Of a DNA stretch of 64,000 bases, positions 1 to 26,393 are shown piece by piece; the first letter of the stretch is position 1, and every line of letters begins with the position of its first letter. The position numbers and the translations under genes were made by a program. The notes beneath the pieces were generated by a model. That model searched no databases and was not told the origin of the DNA. It worked only from the letters and a program-made list of their open reading frames with translations. Origin of the DNA: Raillietiella orientalis (Eukaryota); the NCBI GenBank assembly GCA_036172245.1, contig JAYWIR010000016.1, positions 3,534,001-3,598,000 on the forward strand, written 5' to 3'.

Positions 1-181
1 TATATTATGATGATTGTTTTGTGTTTTTTCGTGGTTGTTTGTGGTTACATCAGAGTTTTTTTAGTATTCCAAATTTTGAGTGAATTTATCATTTCTTGAT
101 CCTAAAACATGTATCAATATGGGGTTTGCATGCCCTAAAAGTATTTTGATAACGTCTATGTAATTTTTTTTTCTCTGAAAG

Positions 182-9130
<8,949 letters not shown>

Positions 9131-9210
9131 TAAATAATGACTTTTTTATTAGTAAACTGTGATATAGTATGGAGGAGACCAGTGACCTCAGCATTGGAGA
9201 GAACATACAA

Positions 9211-9216
9211 AATAAA
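9211..9216 (+). promoter_or_regulatory. Probable polyadenylation signal of kismet
   Basis: AATAAA 80 nt after the stop codon; a second AATAAA at 9281. Confidence 0.45.
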
Positions 9217-9433
9217 ATACAAACGCTTATTTCCCTATTTTATATCCCATGTATATCCGTTGGAATCAACATTTTACTAAAATAAAAAATTGAGTGTCCA
9301 TTGTTGAGCTGTTGTTCGCTTTTACTGTTGATAGCCGCAGGCCTTTTAAGTTGCTGCTGCTGTCACAGTCGCCTCTCCTCCGCCACGTGCAGTAACAGCA
9401 CAACGGCCACGCTACCTGGTGGAAACTAGGTAC

Positions 9434-9434
<1 letters not shown>

Positions 9435-9468
<34 letters not shown>

Positions 9469-9482
9469 CATCATCATCATCA
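9435..9482. repeat. Compound microsatellite (TTA)11(TCA)5
   Basis: Directly visible trinucleotide runs. Confidence 0.95.
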
Positions 9483-12400
9483 CTATTTTGCATGTCGGCG
9501 TCAAATGCGGATCTGTAGGGCTTTGCAAGGGCCAGAACGGCACGTAAGTAACCGCAACCAAGTTTGCGCCCGCGGCGGCGATGCCGGTCTTCCCGTCTCG
9601 CACGCGTCCTCCCTTTTCGTCACGCCGTGGTGAGCTACTCGTGGACCTCGGCTGATAATAACGTACGCCTTCTGCATCAGTCTGTAACGACTGAGGTGCG
9701 CTTCCGTCCGCCACGCACACTTCCGGCCCTGAAGATCCGTGCGAAGAGGCACGGTAGATCGTTTTCCTTTTCTTGCTGTGTGGTCGTCATCACCTCGGCA
9801 TTGCGGCTGTCTGCTGAAGTCGCAGCAGTCCAATTCTAGCATTCCGTGCGACCACCCTTCTGGTCAGCTCCGTGAAACGTCCAGCACCGTGGTCGGAACG
9901 CAAGGCAAGTAGCAGCGGTGTCTGCTGCATTCATACAGCTCCTTGCATTCTATTTCTTCGTTGTTTCTAAACGATATCTCAGATCATCAATTTGTTGTCT
10001 TGAATTGCCACACGCTGCTTGCGTGCCTCTTCCACCTCTTCCACCTTTGACTGACGCGTGCTCCAAAAGGACTGTGGTGGTGGTGGATGGGGATTTCGAC
10101 AAACCCTGAGGCTTCCTCGAGGTCGTTTTCTAGAAACTGTAGCAACATCCATGTGTACATCGTACATATGTACGCAAAACGAGAAATTCGAGCGGACAGA
10201 GGCAGTGTGTGTGTCGAAATGCGTACCATGCGTGGAAGGCGTACGCATACGTAATGGGCGAGCTTGTAAGTGTGCATGCTGAAGAGTGTGTGCGTGCACG
10301 TGTGATCGACCTGCCCATTGAACTCTGCCCGACTCGGATTCGCACCTCAGCAGAGGAAAATCGAAGGAAACCTCCGGTCAGTGGAAAGAACTCCTCTCGC
10401 GCCGCTCTCGTGATCGAAGACGCTCAGCGTTTCGAAAGTTCCCGAAGGGGTTGAGGAGCGCCAGCCGCGCCACGGCCCGGTCCGGGTCGAACCCGCAGCA
10501 AAGCACTGAGTTGCCGCCCCACTCCAGAAAAAATGAACGCATTTTTTTCCATCCAGCAGAAAAGCGTTGTTTGCTGCTTACAGCTGGGGGGCCTTCCACA
10601 ACTTTTCGAGTGCAGTCAGTCCGCATTCGACCTTTGACAAAAGAAGCTTTTTTCTTTTTTTTTTCCAGCCGCGCCAAGTTCGGGGCGGGGGGGGGGCGGG
10701 GGGCAAATAAGAGAAATTCATCAGCAAAAGTTGGATATTTTACGTGAAATGGGAAAGGGAACGGAGGCAAAAGTGCTGCCGCGTTTGCAACAACGCGGAC
10801 AAATCGGCAATTTCGAAAATCGCGAAAGGTGGAAAGGACTCGGAGACGGACCGCGTCGCCCCGTGCTGCGGTGATCTCGAGATTTTCCGAAATGGAAGGA
10901 GCCTCGCATCCGAGACTTGGGAAACAGCATCACCACAAACGAAATCTTGAGACGAAGGGGATCCACGTTCCGCTGGGATGTGATGGGGAAATTTGGGCAA
11001 CCGATGGGTGGCCGAGCAGCCTGCAAAAAAAAAAGACATGGCATTCTCTTGGCAACCACATCCGGGGAGAAGCTTTCGTGCCTCGGAGGTTCCGGTTTTC
11101 TCGCGAAGATCGAAAGAGATGGGCCGCGGTCCGGATGCCATTAGGAACGCTCCCTCTGGAGCATTTTGCAGAGGAAAATTGAGACGAGAGTAGCCATGCT
11201 CGAAAATTCGATATGGACCAAAGTTATTGACCACTCGTTCAATTTAGCTACGGAGTGGTCAGAAAGTGCCCGCCTTCCTGTTCGTGATATTCTTCTCAGG
11301 AGAAGAATATCACGGGGAAAAGGCAACCGCGAAGAAGTTCGAATCACATTTTATATCGTGTCGTCATCATCATCGTCATGCACCATGCACTATCATCCTT
11401 CTCACTTTTGTAATGCTGCGAAATTCGCCCATTGGATTCTAAAAATTCATGTGACCTATAGAGGCGGCCTTTTTGAAATCTCGATTGACCATGTCGAATG
11501 GGCAGTGTTCCGACTCGTCGGCCTACATTGCTTAGACATCGACAGGAGCACGATTCATTAAATTTCAGCGTCAGTGCAGGGGCCTGCAGGGGCGAATCGA
11601 AGGTCCAAGGTCTCGTTCCAGAAGGGAAGCACGCGCAAGAAACAGCAACACATTCGAATGGGTGCGTCGAAAATCAAAGGAAAATGGCACTGTCGGTAAA
11701 GAACACGAGCACACGGTGCCAATGCACGTCCCGTCATCACAATTACAAGAATTGCATGACTTCACTCTTATGCGACTGTGCAAAAGGAAAATAATCCCGA
11801 ACTCGATTCAGATACCCAAATTCGTCACAACAGGCTCATCAACCCTTGTTGGGAAATAGGAAGAGCAGTAAACAAATGACCCAAAGGTTGTCTGCTGCTA
11901 CGATGACTCCACGAAGAGACTTTGGTTATGACTGGAAGAGACTGCGCCGCACAGCTCCTCCCCTGTAAGCTCCATTGGACTGCGGTGGTCAGAATTCTGA
12001 GAAGAATCGCAGGCGGCGACGACAGCCGAGACAGAGGGTTTCAAAATACAGGGAGGAAGACTGACCGGGGATCCATGGGGAACTGCTTGCAGTGTAGGGG
12101 GGGATCCAATTCAAACACACGTTCAGGAAAACGAACAATTCCTGAATTTTTTCCGAATTTGATGGCTGCAACTCAAATGAAATGAAAAACAGTCTTGCGT
12201 GTCCCCTTCACTCTGAATGACTTGAAAGGATGCCTTCAGGTCTCTCCCAACACAGAATGCACTCTTTCAGTGAGGGAGAGAGAGAGAGAAAAAAAACACT
12301 TTCAATATCTTTGTGAACACACACACACACACACACACAAAAAAAAAAGGCAGCACAGATTCAAACAGGAGATAAGAAAGCAACGATGATCAATCACGTC

Positions 12401-13945
12401 AGAGATTCTGCAACCCTTTTGGACACTGAGTGTGCGAAAACACGTGCGCAATTCCGCTCAGGCATTAGCTGATTAAATAAACACAAACTGTATTACAGTA
12501 TGCTGCATACTTCCCCGAACGAATGGTATGACAAAATCTGCCAATCTGAAAACATTGGTCCCCTCGTCAGGACCTCATGGTCAACACGCAACCGCAGCTC
12601 ACGTCGAATTTGGCAAAGTCAAGGTACGGTACACTTGGGACTCCTCTGTACTGAGATCAGCATCAGTGCCTTCGGGATCGCTCCCGAATGAAGCCTTCTT
12701 CAAGGGGGAGGGACAACGGAGAAACAGCGTAGCTCAAGCAAAGCGATGACGCTGTTTTCGTGTTTCCTTCGGGCGTTCTGAAGAACGTCACTTTTGTTAC
12801 TGTCGAAGGAATGAAAACGATCTCTCGCCAAGTCTTTGAGAATAAAATAACTGCGCAGAAAAGAGCCCTTAGGACGATTTGGTAAGCACGGTGGAACGTG
12901 GGTCATTCACACTAGGCCGTCGCGAAATACAAGGTCGCCGCGGGCTATTCAGCTGAGGACACCCATCGTACCCCCACCTCGCTGAAGAGGATCCTCGCAT
13001 CGTGTTGAAACACTTTAAATCAGCCTCGCGCGACAGTTTTTCGGAAATTCATATTCTCATCCCAGCGTTCGTACCGCAGTCGATTCTCATTTGACAGGCA
13101 GTTTGGTACCAACTTTGCCTTGCCGGACGGAATGCCCCCCCTTTCTCCATGGTACAGAATCAGAATCACTCCTAAAGGGTGGCCGTATTCGTACAGACAT
13201 CCTCACGCGTTGAGCCGCGCACGCATTCCATTGGGATGGTGGGGCTGCTGCTCTCACATGAAAGTCCCTGGAAAGTTTCGGGAGGAATTCCATCAAGGCT
13301 GCGACGGATGGTACTTCCCGCCATACATCTTCACGGATGCAAACTGAACGGAGAGAATCAGATGTGGGAAAGAAAGGAAGACCCTGCCTGGCTGTGGCAA
13401 ACTTCCCCTTCGAAAAGCTCGACAACCTCGAGCGGGATCTTCAGAAAAATATTCAGCTGCCACACGAAGTTCACGGCACCGTTCCGTTCGGAGCCAATTC
13501 GAGAAAACCGGGAAACGCCATCAAAAATTCCGTCAGGGGGGGGGGGGCAAATGTGGTTCGACAGAAAGGCGATCCGACGGAAGCTCGAAAATTCTACCAA
13601 GAAATTTTCGACGACTCCCGCAGTCTCCGTTTCTGGAGGTGTTGAGTATTTTGGCATCGGATTTACATGCAGCAGCCCTTCTTCTCTCTGCGATTCCTTT
13701 TTGCCTCGTTGGTGACGCGCACTTCGAAGTCATACTGTCACTCCGTACCTGTCCCGAAATTGCACCCTTAAAAGGTCAAGGGTCACCGAGTACTGTCCAG
13801 GGCGGCGGCTGTCGGATTTTCGGTGCTTACCTCTTCTTACACAAACGGACGTCGCAAGCGGCGGCGAATTCTGGGTCGGTTCATTCTGAAGAAAGAACAA
13901 CGAAAGACACAGTCCGTTTCTCAAGTACGAAACGTCAGCGTGTTT

Positions 13946-13951
13946 TTTATT
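13946..13951 (-). promoter_or_regulatory. Probable polyadenylation signal of AFG3L2
   Basis: TTTATT on + (AATAAA on -), about 400 nt downstream of the AFG3L2 stop. Confidence 0.4.
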
Positions 13952-14355
13952 CAGGGTGGAGTTTGATGCGTAACGTGGCACGCACGAGTTGCACGGGAAG
14001 GTACTCAGCACTTCCGAAAATCAATTACACACAGTCGGGAATCCCGCCGAACGTGAGCAAGGAAAAGACTCCTTTGCTTGTTCGACGTGCTCTCCGTTTG
14101 CAAAACACAATTTTCCACTTTCCTTTTGAAACACGCACGCATACCACGGACGGGGTCAAAGGATGGATCAAAGTTTCGTACAAGAAAGTATGGGATCTTC
14201 AGAAGATAACTCGAAACTCTTAATGAAATAACAAGTAGTCCACGCATGAGACCTTCCTCATGAATGTGGTGGCATCACTGTCAAACCACCCCAAGTTGAA
14301 AGGCAGTTGCTTTTGATTTTGCGATTCCTGCAGCCTCCACTATCTGGACCCAACA

Positions 14356-17228
<2,873 letters not shown>

Positions 17229-20200
17229 GCTACTGAAGACAACAAAAGAGGGAATTACTGCAATAAATAACAATCAATAAGTATTTAGCAGTTCACTGCA
17301 TGCTACAGTGAAAATTTATCAGAATTTCTACCGATGCAAAACTGAGGGCAGTAATTGCAAAAATTAACAAAGTGCATCCACAAATATTCTCTAATTTTTG
17401 AATTCAGGCTCAAGATTTTTTGATTCTAGTATCCTTTTTGGTCTTTTACATGTCGAAAATCATGCTTATCAACAGTTTTGGTCTGATAAACTCATGTCCA
17501 AAGTTAAAAATACTCATAATGAAAACAATTCCTGAAATTACTTTTTATATGCAGCACTACCATACTCCCTCTCCACAAATATTAGTAGTACAGATCATTA
17601 CAACATTGTAGGTTCTGTAACTTTCGAATATTAACAAGAATGAATAAATTAAATTTCTGTACTTAAACTAACAACCTAAATACTGAGTTGAATTTTAATC
17701 ACATTTTTATTTGTATATGTTCAGTTTACCAAGTATTGTTTTTGTGCATACGCTAGTTCACCTACCTTCAGTAATAACATGAAAAATACTAAAGTCACAT
17801 ACACATATTCCAAATTGTAAATCTTCCACGAAAACGTTAATTAACATTCACCCAGAATTAATAAACATTCAGACTTATATGTAAGATCCTGTGTTCTAAT
17901 AAACTAAAAAGCAACAAACACAATCAAAGAGCTGATAACAGAAATAAAAGCTCCACCAAAATCACCACAAACTAATTTTTTAAAAATAAAAAATGCTCAT
18001 GCACACAGAAAAACAACCAAGCTATTTGCACACTTTATAAAAAGTGATACTTAGTTTAAGCACCACTGCAAGTTCAGAAGAAATTCAATGAAGTATTCGA
18101 CTTGGAATTTTGGTTTAGGGATAGATTTCATAGATGTAATGCTCCTCACTTAAAGAATGAACTATTTTATTAAAAATTTCAGTACTTGTTTCAGTATGTC
18201 AATGACACTGAAAATTTCATGCTGAATCTTGAAAGTAATTATCAGCTTCAAACTTTAGATTAGTCAAAATAATGTGTTAATTAAAACATTCAAAGATGAT
18301 TAATGTTGTTTCTTGGACTGTTTCTTAAATCTCTACTAAAATTGAAAGAAATCACTAATGAAAACAATCTGTAACAAAAAACATTTCTTCCCATGTTGAC
18401 TTCTAAGAGGACTCAGAGATGAAGGAAGCACCAAGAAATCTGCAAAGTAGAAAAGCACCACCATAGAAACACACCTTACACAAATTGAGAACTGTATATG
18501 CTGTTTCAGATATTTCCTAAATCAGAATTCTGCTAACGAATGTCTACTTTCATTTAATATGAAAACTTGATCTCTTCCTATTCTGGTATCAAGGCTTCAT
18601 ATTAGAGGCTTTGCTTGAAATAACTAATAGATTTGCCCTATGAAGTAACAGTAATGTCTCATTAACCATTTCATTTTTCACAGTGAAAAAGAAACATAAA
18701 CTGAATGAACAATTAACTGAAATCCCGCAAAAACAAAATATTACTACATATTTGTCTTTACTGGAATTTTCACTTCATGTTATCATTTTGTCACTTCCAC
18801 TCACTGCATTCTTGCTTTGCATTAGAGACTCTTATTCAGATCTTGGATTAATACCTGAAACATTTGCAAATGGATTTTTCATTTTAGAAGGAATGATATT
18901 TTAAATCATTACTGAACTACACATACATTTTATTCAAATTTGCAGCTAGAACAAATCGCGATACTTTAATTAATGCACAGTGTTTGTCATCAAATGCTTT
19001 ATGATTGTGAAATGTGAGGCATGAAATAAATATCCCTACAATTAATAGTTGTATGAAGTATGTACCAGGCAGAATATGATACAGTTAACTTGCAATAATA
19101 ACTGTTTTGGACAATAGAACTCCCTAAATGATTTGAAGCTTCCACCGAGTTTTAAAGGGAATGACAAAGCAGTCCCTTGCATGGTTTTCCATGTTTGAGC
19201 ATTCACAGACATTCATAGGTATGTACCAATTTTTGCTACTACTATTTACTATAAAATAAAGTAATCCACAAAATCCTGCGTAACAATCAATCATTAACAA
19301 CTGTTAATCAAGTGCTTCTTATTTACTTTTTTTTTCACACAGCCAAACTCAAAGATTATTACAAAAATAAGACATGAAAATATAGCACGGACATTATATA
19401 CAGCATAACACTTGCTCGTTTTTATTAAATTACTCTTTATCACTCCCAAATTCTGAGTACTTTGAAGTGCATAACTTTATGAATAAACAAAAATCTCAGT
19501 CTTTCATAAGAATTCCTTAGAGAAAGCATTTCTTAAATAATTGTACTAGGAATTCTAAGCTCTTGAATCAACATTCTTGAAGTAACTTTCAAACAAATTT
19601 AAATACCTTATTTGCAAATAGGCAATGCACAAATGAACACCGTGCTGTTGAATATCATTCACTTATTGAAATGCCAGATGAGACCACTGAGTTTCCAGTA
19701 ACTTGTAACGTTTAATTTGTTTCTTTAGATCTGGAAATACAGAAAATTGATTAATTCTTATACATTTATGGCACGTTGCTTGCACAAACCAATGAAATCA
19801 ATTGTTTTGAATATGTGTATAAAATCGGGTACAAAAAATACGCTCACAGATTTATATGTGTGTCATTTTCATGATATAGAATCACTTTAGTATATCCATT
19901 CATTTTATTTGCGTTTGAAATTCGGAATGATGCCAGGAAATTTATGAACATAGTAAAATGCTTTCTTCAGCAATGATCCTTACTTCTGAAGTCTACAGAA
20001 TAAAAAGTTACACGCTGTTGCATATGCTTTTCCCTCAAATTGACCATCAGATGTTCCAGTGGTTCTCTGAATGTCTAAATGTTCATTTTATATTTCTAAT
20101 TTATTTGTTATGCTCATGGCATAAGAACTTTCAGTTGGAAACTGATAATAACTCCAGAATATAAAATGCATCTGAATGCATACCGCACACCCTCCCAACA

Positions 20201-21549
20201 CACAACTGAAAGCATACACGGTGGTGTGACCCATGTGATGTGATTTATGTGCACGACGGAAGTGTACGCCTAACGTTTTCTTAATAACACACACGGAGGT
20301 TAAAAAAAAACTGATCAGCCAGACTGAAAACCAGTGGATTACAACAAATACAACAAGTTGACCTGATATTTATTTGTACGCAAACGAAAATACCACATGG
20401 ATCCAGATGATGCTCATTCTAATGACCTTTGCCATCCCACTGCTGTTATAAGAATTTAACGAGAATAAAAGGGCTGCCAGATTTCATTGCTTTATAAGTA
20501 TCATTACGCTCTCAAGTTTAGTGTTTCTTATCGAAATTTAAACCCCAGACAATTAGCATTTCAGAAAATAGTAGATAATGACATTAATTTTATATCTATT
20601 CTTTTGAACCTATGCTTGTGTTATTGTCTTCATAATAATATATCTTCTGTTCTCATGAAACACATGGTTTACGATAAATCTCATGCCAAAATTTGAGATT
20701 ATAATATATGAAGAATAATTTGTTAATGAAAAAAAGAAAAAGATCGCAAAATTTCATATTGAAAGCATTATTTATGCACAATTCCCCCCCATTGGGATAA
20801 GACGCGTTTAATGCTTTTTTATTTATAATTAATCGAAGTCGCAAATTTCACAACGAGCTCAGAAACAGAATCTGCTGCTAATTTCAAAAGACACAAGAGA
20901 CAATAAGGATATTTTTCTCTTCCAAACAAAGCTTGTGCAGTATATTGGGGTGATTTTCAAGGTATTTACAAGTATAAAAAGCCACATCAACACGATCATG
21001 ATTTCTTCAAATTAATGAAGGATCTTGTATGACGAGGCTGACGAAATCCAAAGCAAGCGACAAAAAGCTAAAGAGCAAAATATATGTTTTCTTTTTTAAA
21101 AAGACCATTTCATGATCTAAATAGCATTTTCCATTATGCTTTCAAAGTATGAAACATCACCACAAACATTTATCTAGATGAGAATTAATATATGCACATA
21201 AATTTGTTCTGCTCTGACGGTCAGCCATAAAATTCATCTTGAGTAGAAGCATAACATAAGAATTGTTTCAACATTATGACAAGAAAAATAACGACTTCGA
21301 TTTCTTTTCTTAAAATTGTTTGCATCCGTGATTTCAAAGCAGAATTTCAAATAAGGTTGCACTTTTCTCAGAACAATCACTACTATTAGCAGCTTCTCGG
21401 CTTATTCTCCATCAGGAAGTAAATGCTCAAATCCTCCTGTTCTCCCCAGTCCGACCAGCGGAAAGTACATTACATTTTACAATCTACTATCTTATGCCCG
21501 TGATATCCTCAGGGATTGTTACTCGAGCTACTTCCTTAGTATGGGGTTA

Positions 21550-22950
21550 CTAAGGACAGGCAGGCGATGCACTTGCTGAGGTCACAGCCTGAATCTTTCT
21601 CAAGATGCAACGGTATGCCCAGGCGGATACCCTGCCACATTTCCTGATGCCAATTTCTCGTTTAATTACTCCTTGTAAAATACTGATGGCGGGAACTGTG
21701 GTCCTCATCTTTGCCCTTCTGATTACAGACGCTGTGATGAAGAGAGTGATTGTGATCCTAACCGTTGGATTATATCGCGGGCATTGGCATTCCCGTCGAA
21801 CATTCCTGCTAGAATTTCCACTGCTGTAGGCCTCTTCATTTCGATCAGTGCCTTTAACACGTTTCAATCCTGTCGGAGCGTCGGGCAGGTGAGGACGTAG
21901 AGTTGCTTTTCTTCAGCCCCACATGCCTTGCAGAGTCCGTCTTCGATGGCTCCCGTCCAGTGACGAAGTCTGGAGCCACTCAGGATGCTTCCATGATAAA
22001 ACATCAGGTGGTCGTCTTGAGTTCCTGGTGGAAGGTCACTCCTGAACACTGTTGTTCCAACTGCTTGCAGGTTCGCTGTTCGTGTCCCGTAGTGGTTGGC
22101 CACTATCACAAGGACGTCGTTCTCTTGATATAGTTCCTTTATGATGCCTCGGAAGTTAGCTTTGGTTACTAAAATCCAAGCATCGTATGCTTGGTGTTTC
22201 CAAAGATCCCGTGTCTTGCTGGTAAATTTTCCAATTATATTATTCACATATCTGAACATTCGCATCTGGTGGATATTGCCACTAGTTGCGAACTGTTCAC
22301 AGTCACGGATAGTCATTGCTGGCCTCCGGAACATCCAAGTATCTCTGGGTACCCACACGAAGTCCGGGATTGCCATAGCCAGTTCCTCTTATATTTCTTT
22401 GCTTTGAGGCACTATCTTGAAACGGTGTTCAGTCACCAGTGACTGCGTCCTTTTCCATGTGGGGTCGATGTTACCCCAATCTCCGTGTTTGCCTATGAGT
22501 GCCGACATCAAGCCACTCGAGTGGTTAACCAACCTCGAGAAGGCTCTGTGGGCTGCATAGGGCCATTTTTCCCAATCGATGGTGAGGGTCAGGAGTTGAC
22601 GTGCATCCAGGCAATCAACGGCCTGGAGCAGCGACTTCATCCCAGTCCCACCTTCTTCACGAGGGCAGCACAACAACTGGAGTCTAGCCCGCGGTTTCGC
22701 TTCTCTCCAAATGAATTTCCTCTGTAGTTCTGTTTCCGTCCTCGTCTTCTGATGGACTCGGCTGAACGCGGCCCCAAAGAACACCTCGGGAAGCATCACT
22801 CCGTTCCACAAGTTCGCCCTCTGCTTCATACTGAAGTTGAGTCGGGTGCACTTTGTGCTCAAATCCTTTTGCAAACTGTTCCTTTATTTTAAGAGAGAAG
22901 ACTCCGCGAATTGGTGCCGCAGAACTCCATATTTGATATCTTTGCATTAC
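21550..22950 (-). mobile_element. Decayed non-LTR retrotransposon (L1/Tx1-like) ORF2 3' fragment
   Basis: Post-RT motif RKFIWREAKPRARLQLLCCPREEGGTGM (resembles L1-clade FIW...L..P..EGGLG). Degenerate C-terminal zinc knuckle CKACGAEEKQLYVLTCP. Broken by stops and frameshifts. Confidence 0.7.
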
Positions 22951-24549
22951 AGTCCAAGTCTGATTTGCAGAAGACGTAGTCCAAAAAACTAACCATGGAA
23001 ACGGAGTTATGGCAACGATTACTTTTTGTTTCCTGTTGGGCAGTCTTTTTCCGTTTTCAAATTTTTATCAGCAAAAGAAACAATCGCCATGGGCGATTTT
23101 CTTATGTATGAGGTTTCTCATACTCGTGTCGCTCGAGTGTCCTAGCTTTTGCTGTCCCAATTAGGCACTCGTTTCCGGTTGATGCCTCATATGCAAGGTG
23201 TGTCACCTCACCGTTTGACGACGAGACTGTATCCTCTGTGCACACATTGCTTCGACAGATACTGATCGCCATATTCAGTTCTCTGCAGCTCCATTTTTAA
23301 AGCACATTGATGATACTTATGTTATGCTATCTTTACTAGTTTCATTCAGTCCCGAATGAAGAGCTGGAAAAATGCGACTAGAAAATGCTGGATGCCTTCC
23401 CAGCATTCGTATGCTTACAAGGGAGGAGTTCGTCTTCTCACAAACAGTGAAGAATCGAAAAGAAAGCATTCCTTTTCGGGTGGCGTATCCTTGCAATTCC
23501 AATGTTGTGTGAGTTGTTGAGAGAGCATTCAGGAACAAAAGTGCCGTCCATTCACTTTAGATGCTTTGAATCAATATAGAGTCATTCAATTCAAACATTC
23601 AACATAAGAAGCATCTGGAAATCTGGAAGAGACAAAACATGAAGAGGAATCATTTTGTAATGAAAAAAAATATCTAAAACAACAACAAAAAGAAAAAAAA
23701 AGCGGTTGAATTGTGCATCAAATTTAAAAGTTCAAATGCTTGGCATAGTGAGGAGAATCAGTGGTAATTATGTCAATCTTCAGCAATGTTTCGTTTGCAT
23801 CCGACTCTGACGAAAGTGAAGTTTGTATTCCAATACGAAAGCACTACGGTTTGGATAGTTACATGCTTGCCTATGGGACAGTGTCCAGAAATGCTAAAAA
23901 GTTGGGGGGGGGGGGGGGAAAGCTCGCTTATTATCGAGGAATCTGAATTATTTGAGTATTCTGAATTTCCCAACGTTTAATTAGGAGATTATGATAAATA
24001 ATTCGTCGATTAATTAAACCCTGATGACCTCGGCGGAGATCATTTTTAGAAGAAGATCCAACTCGTTAACAGCAAATCGAAGTTGAGACCTTTGGACTTT
24101 CAAAACGCAGTGCAGCTAATGGAAAAAGCATGCTTGTAAACAAATGTGGATCTTTAGGCTCGAGAATTTAGAACGGTCCAAAAATGTAGGCCTGGAGGGT
24201 ATGCCATTGGGCACTGTGGACTCTTGTGTAAGTTTTGTTTCTTATGTGAGAATGTTTAGGATGGATACGAGTGGAAAGGTTTCTGGAATCGTGAAAGTGG
24301 TTAGTGGACTTTGGACCTGTTTATTATTATGCGAAAACGAAAGGTGACAAGGAGTGCACATTCGGATCTTCTTGTATATGGTGGACCTATCTGAGACCGA
24401 GGACAAGAGTGAAAGTGTGAGTGCAGTGGGCTTGTGTATAGGCAGGTTAGAAACGACGGGGAGCGACAGAGATAGGGGAGCAGGATAGGGTCGATCTCTC
24501 CCCCCCCCCCCCTTATCCATATCAGGTAAGGGGAAAGAGGTTGATGTTT

Positions 24550-25230
24550 TGGCTAATTATTAGTACAAAAGTGTGGTTTGGATTACAACGAGTAGTGATG
24601 GGGAGAAAGGTGCAAGGAAGACGAAGGAGCCTGGAATTATAGTATGTGACCAGAGATAATCTGTTACTTGAAGACCCTATCATTACGACCAGTGCTGATG
24701 AGTTGTGATGATGGTGTTTTGCGTCAGGATCACGAGTTTCATGGTTTTAGTCAATGATAGGAAACTTTGCGATTCCCTTTGGTATACTGTCGATCAGGGG
24801 GTGTGGGAAACGATGGAATATGGCGAAGACTCATCTCGATGATCATAGGGGATAGGCAATGAAAAGTGTGGAAGGGGAGAGCTAATGATGGAGATGTATA
24901 GGTGTACGACTTGATGTGTTGATAGGAAGAGTGAGAGACGGAGCAATGTTTTCATGGATATGGAAGACTCTTTGAATTTATTGATTTTGGATACGTGCAA
25001 GCACATTCCTTTGTGTAGTGATGATGTAGGTTATGGTGAGAATTAAATAATGAGAATGATGGTGTGATAGTAGTAAGATGGAATCAAGTGATTGCAGTTG
25101 AGGGTTCAAATGAGGATCATTCTGCTTTTAAAGTAATGGATGGAATTTGGAAAGAGCGATGATGCCATCGCAGGAGGATTATTCGAAATATATCATAATT
25201 GGATGTAAGGGAAGAACTAATCAATGATGT
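24550..25230 (-). mobile_element. Highly decayed LINE reverse-transcriptase C-terminal remnant
   Basis: KTLLRLSLFLSTHQVVHLYISIISSPL resembles the LINE RT thumb pattern L..L...L.....L.LY.S.IRP.L. No intact frame. Confidence 0.3.
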
Positions 25231-26387
25231 GAATATTAAATTTCATCTTTGATCATATTATGAATCTAAATTTTTTAGCAACCTTGACGGAGAAACCGTT
25301 AGTTTTCGACCATATTTTCGTTTATTTGCTATTTTGATCAAAGAGGTATCGTCATCTGGTTCAGTGGAAGGGTATGGATCTGATAATTAATACGCAAATT
25401 TCCGGGCACTGATTGAATGCTAAGAAAATGGGTTGAGACGAATAGAATTGCTGGTAGAGACGTCCCGAAATTGTGTCCCGTTTCCTAGGGAAAATGGTTG
25501 GTGAGAAAAGAAACGGATGATTTCTCAAAATGTCTTTCTACAGTAGCACTGGATATGTGGACCGAGAAACACTTGCTCGATCCTCTTGAAACGTTAAAGT
25601 ACTTTGGGCTTTAAACCCAGCAGGAAAGTTGGCAACGGCAAAACCAGAAACACTTGAGGTGCAAACGAATAGCCGACTTTGAAATTGAAAAAATTTTGAG
25701 AATATGGCAAAACTTTTTGAGCAAGAGTAACTATTTCCAATGTTTACATTCAGCATCCTTAGTTACTGTACAGCAGTTCCTCAAAATCAAGTTGGAGAAC
25801 GCAATGAAAAAAAAACTTGTGAAGAAACAAGAGACCATTAGAGAACAGCTATGCGATGGGCAAAATAATGACGTCATTTTGAGGTCTTTCGGCCTATCGA
25901 ACAGTGTCTTGTGACCTGAAAACCTGTCAGAACTATACAAGATAACAACAACAAAGATTATTCAAAAGTGTGTATAAGATTCGATACCAGGATGTTTACT
26001 TTCGGCAAAAAAACGATGAAAAAACTTCGGAACAAGTGAATAGGGCTTGTTACGAAGGAAATTTATAAAAATATTTTCCATACTGTTCAAGTCTCACCAC
26101 TACTAATTTTAAGTTCTCAATGATTCAGAAGCTACATAACCCTCATCAATTTCATGAAAAACAATATTTGTTTTTGCTGGTTCATCTCTGGAAGAAAGAG
26201 ATGAGCAGTGTGCTTATGGCTGCATGTACTTGGCAGGTAGTTAATGTCTGGCATCTTTTCCATACTGTAAAACATCTTGTAAGTCAAAACTGAGAACACA
26301 GAATCCCTTTTCAGTAAACCTCTGAAAGAACGATCAAGTTATATGCTGTTCCATGTTTAAAGCATACAAACACAGTTAAATAACATA

Positions 26388-26393
26388 TTTATT
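26388..26393 (-). promoter_or_regulatory. Probable polyadenylation signal of CNOT11
   Basis: AATAAA on the minus strand about 120 nt after the stop. Confidence 0.45.

Noticed and set aside
13560..13615. DPTEARKFYQEIFD resembles a glyoxalase/VOC-fold motif
   Set aside because: Isolated short match with no supporting upstream or downstream domain sequence.
23000..23560. Possible hAT transposase remnant on the minus strand (FLNALSTTH..LQG)
   Set aside because: Similarity is too weak to call by eye, and no terminal inverted repeats were found.
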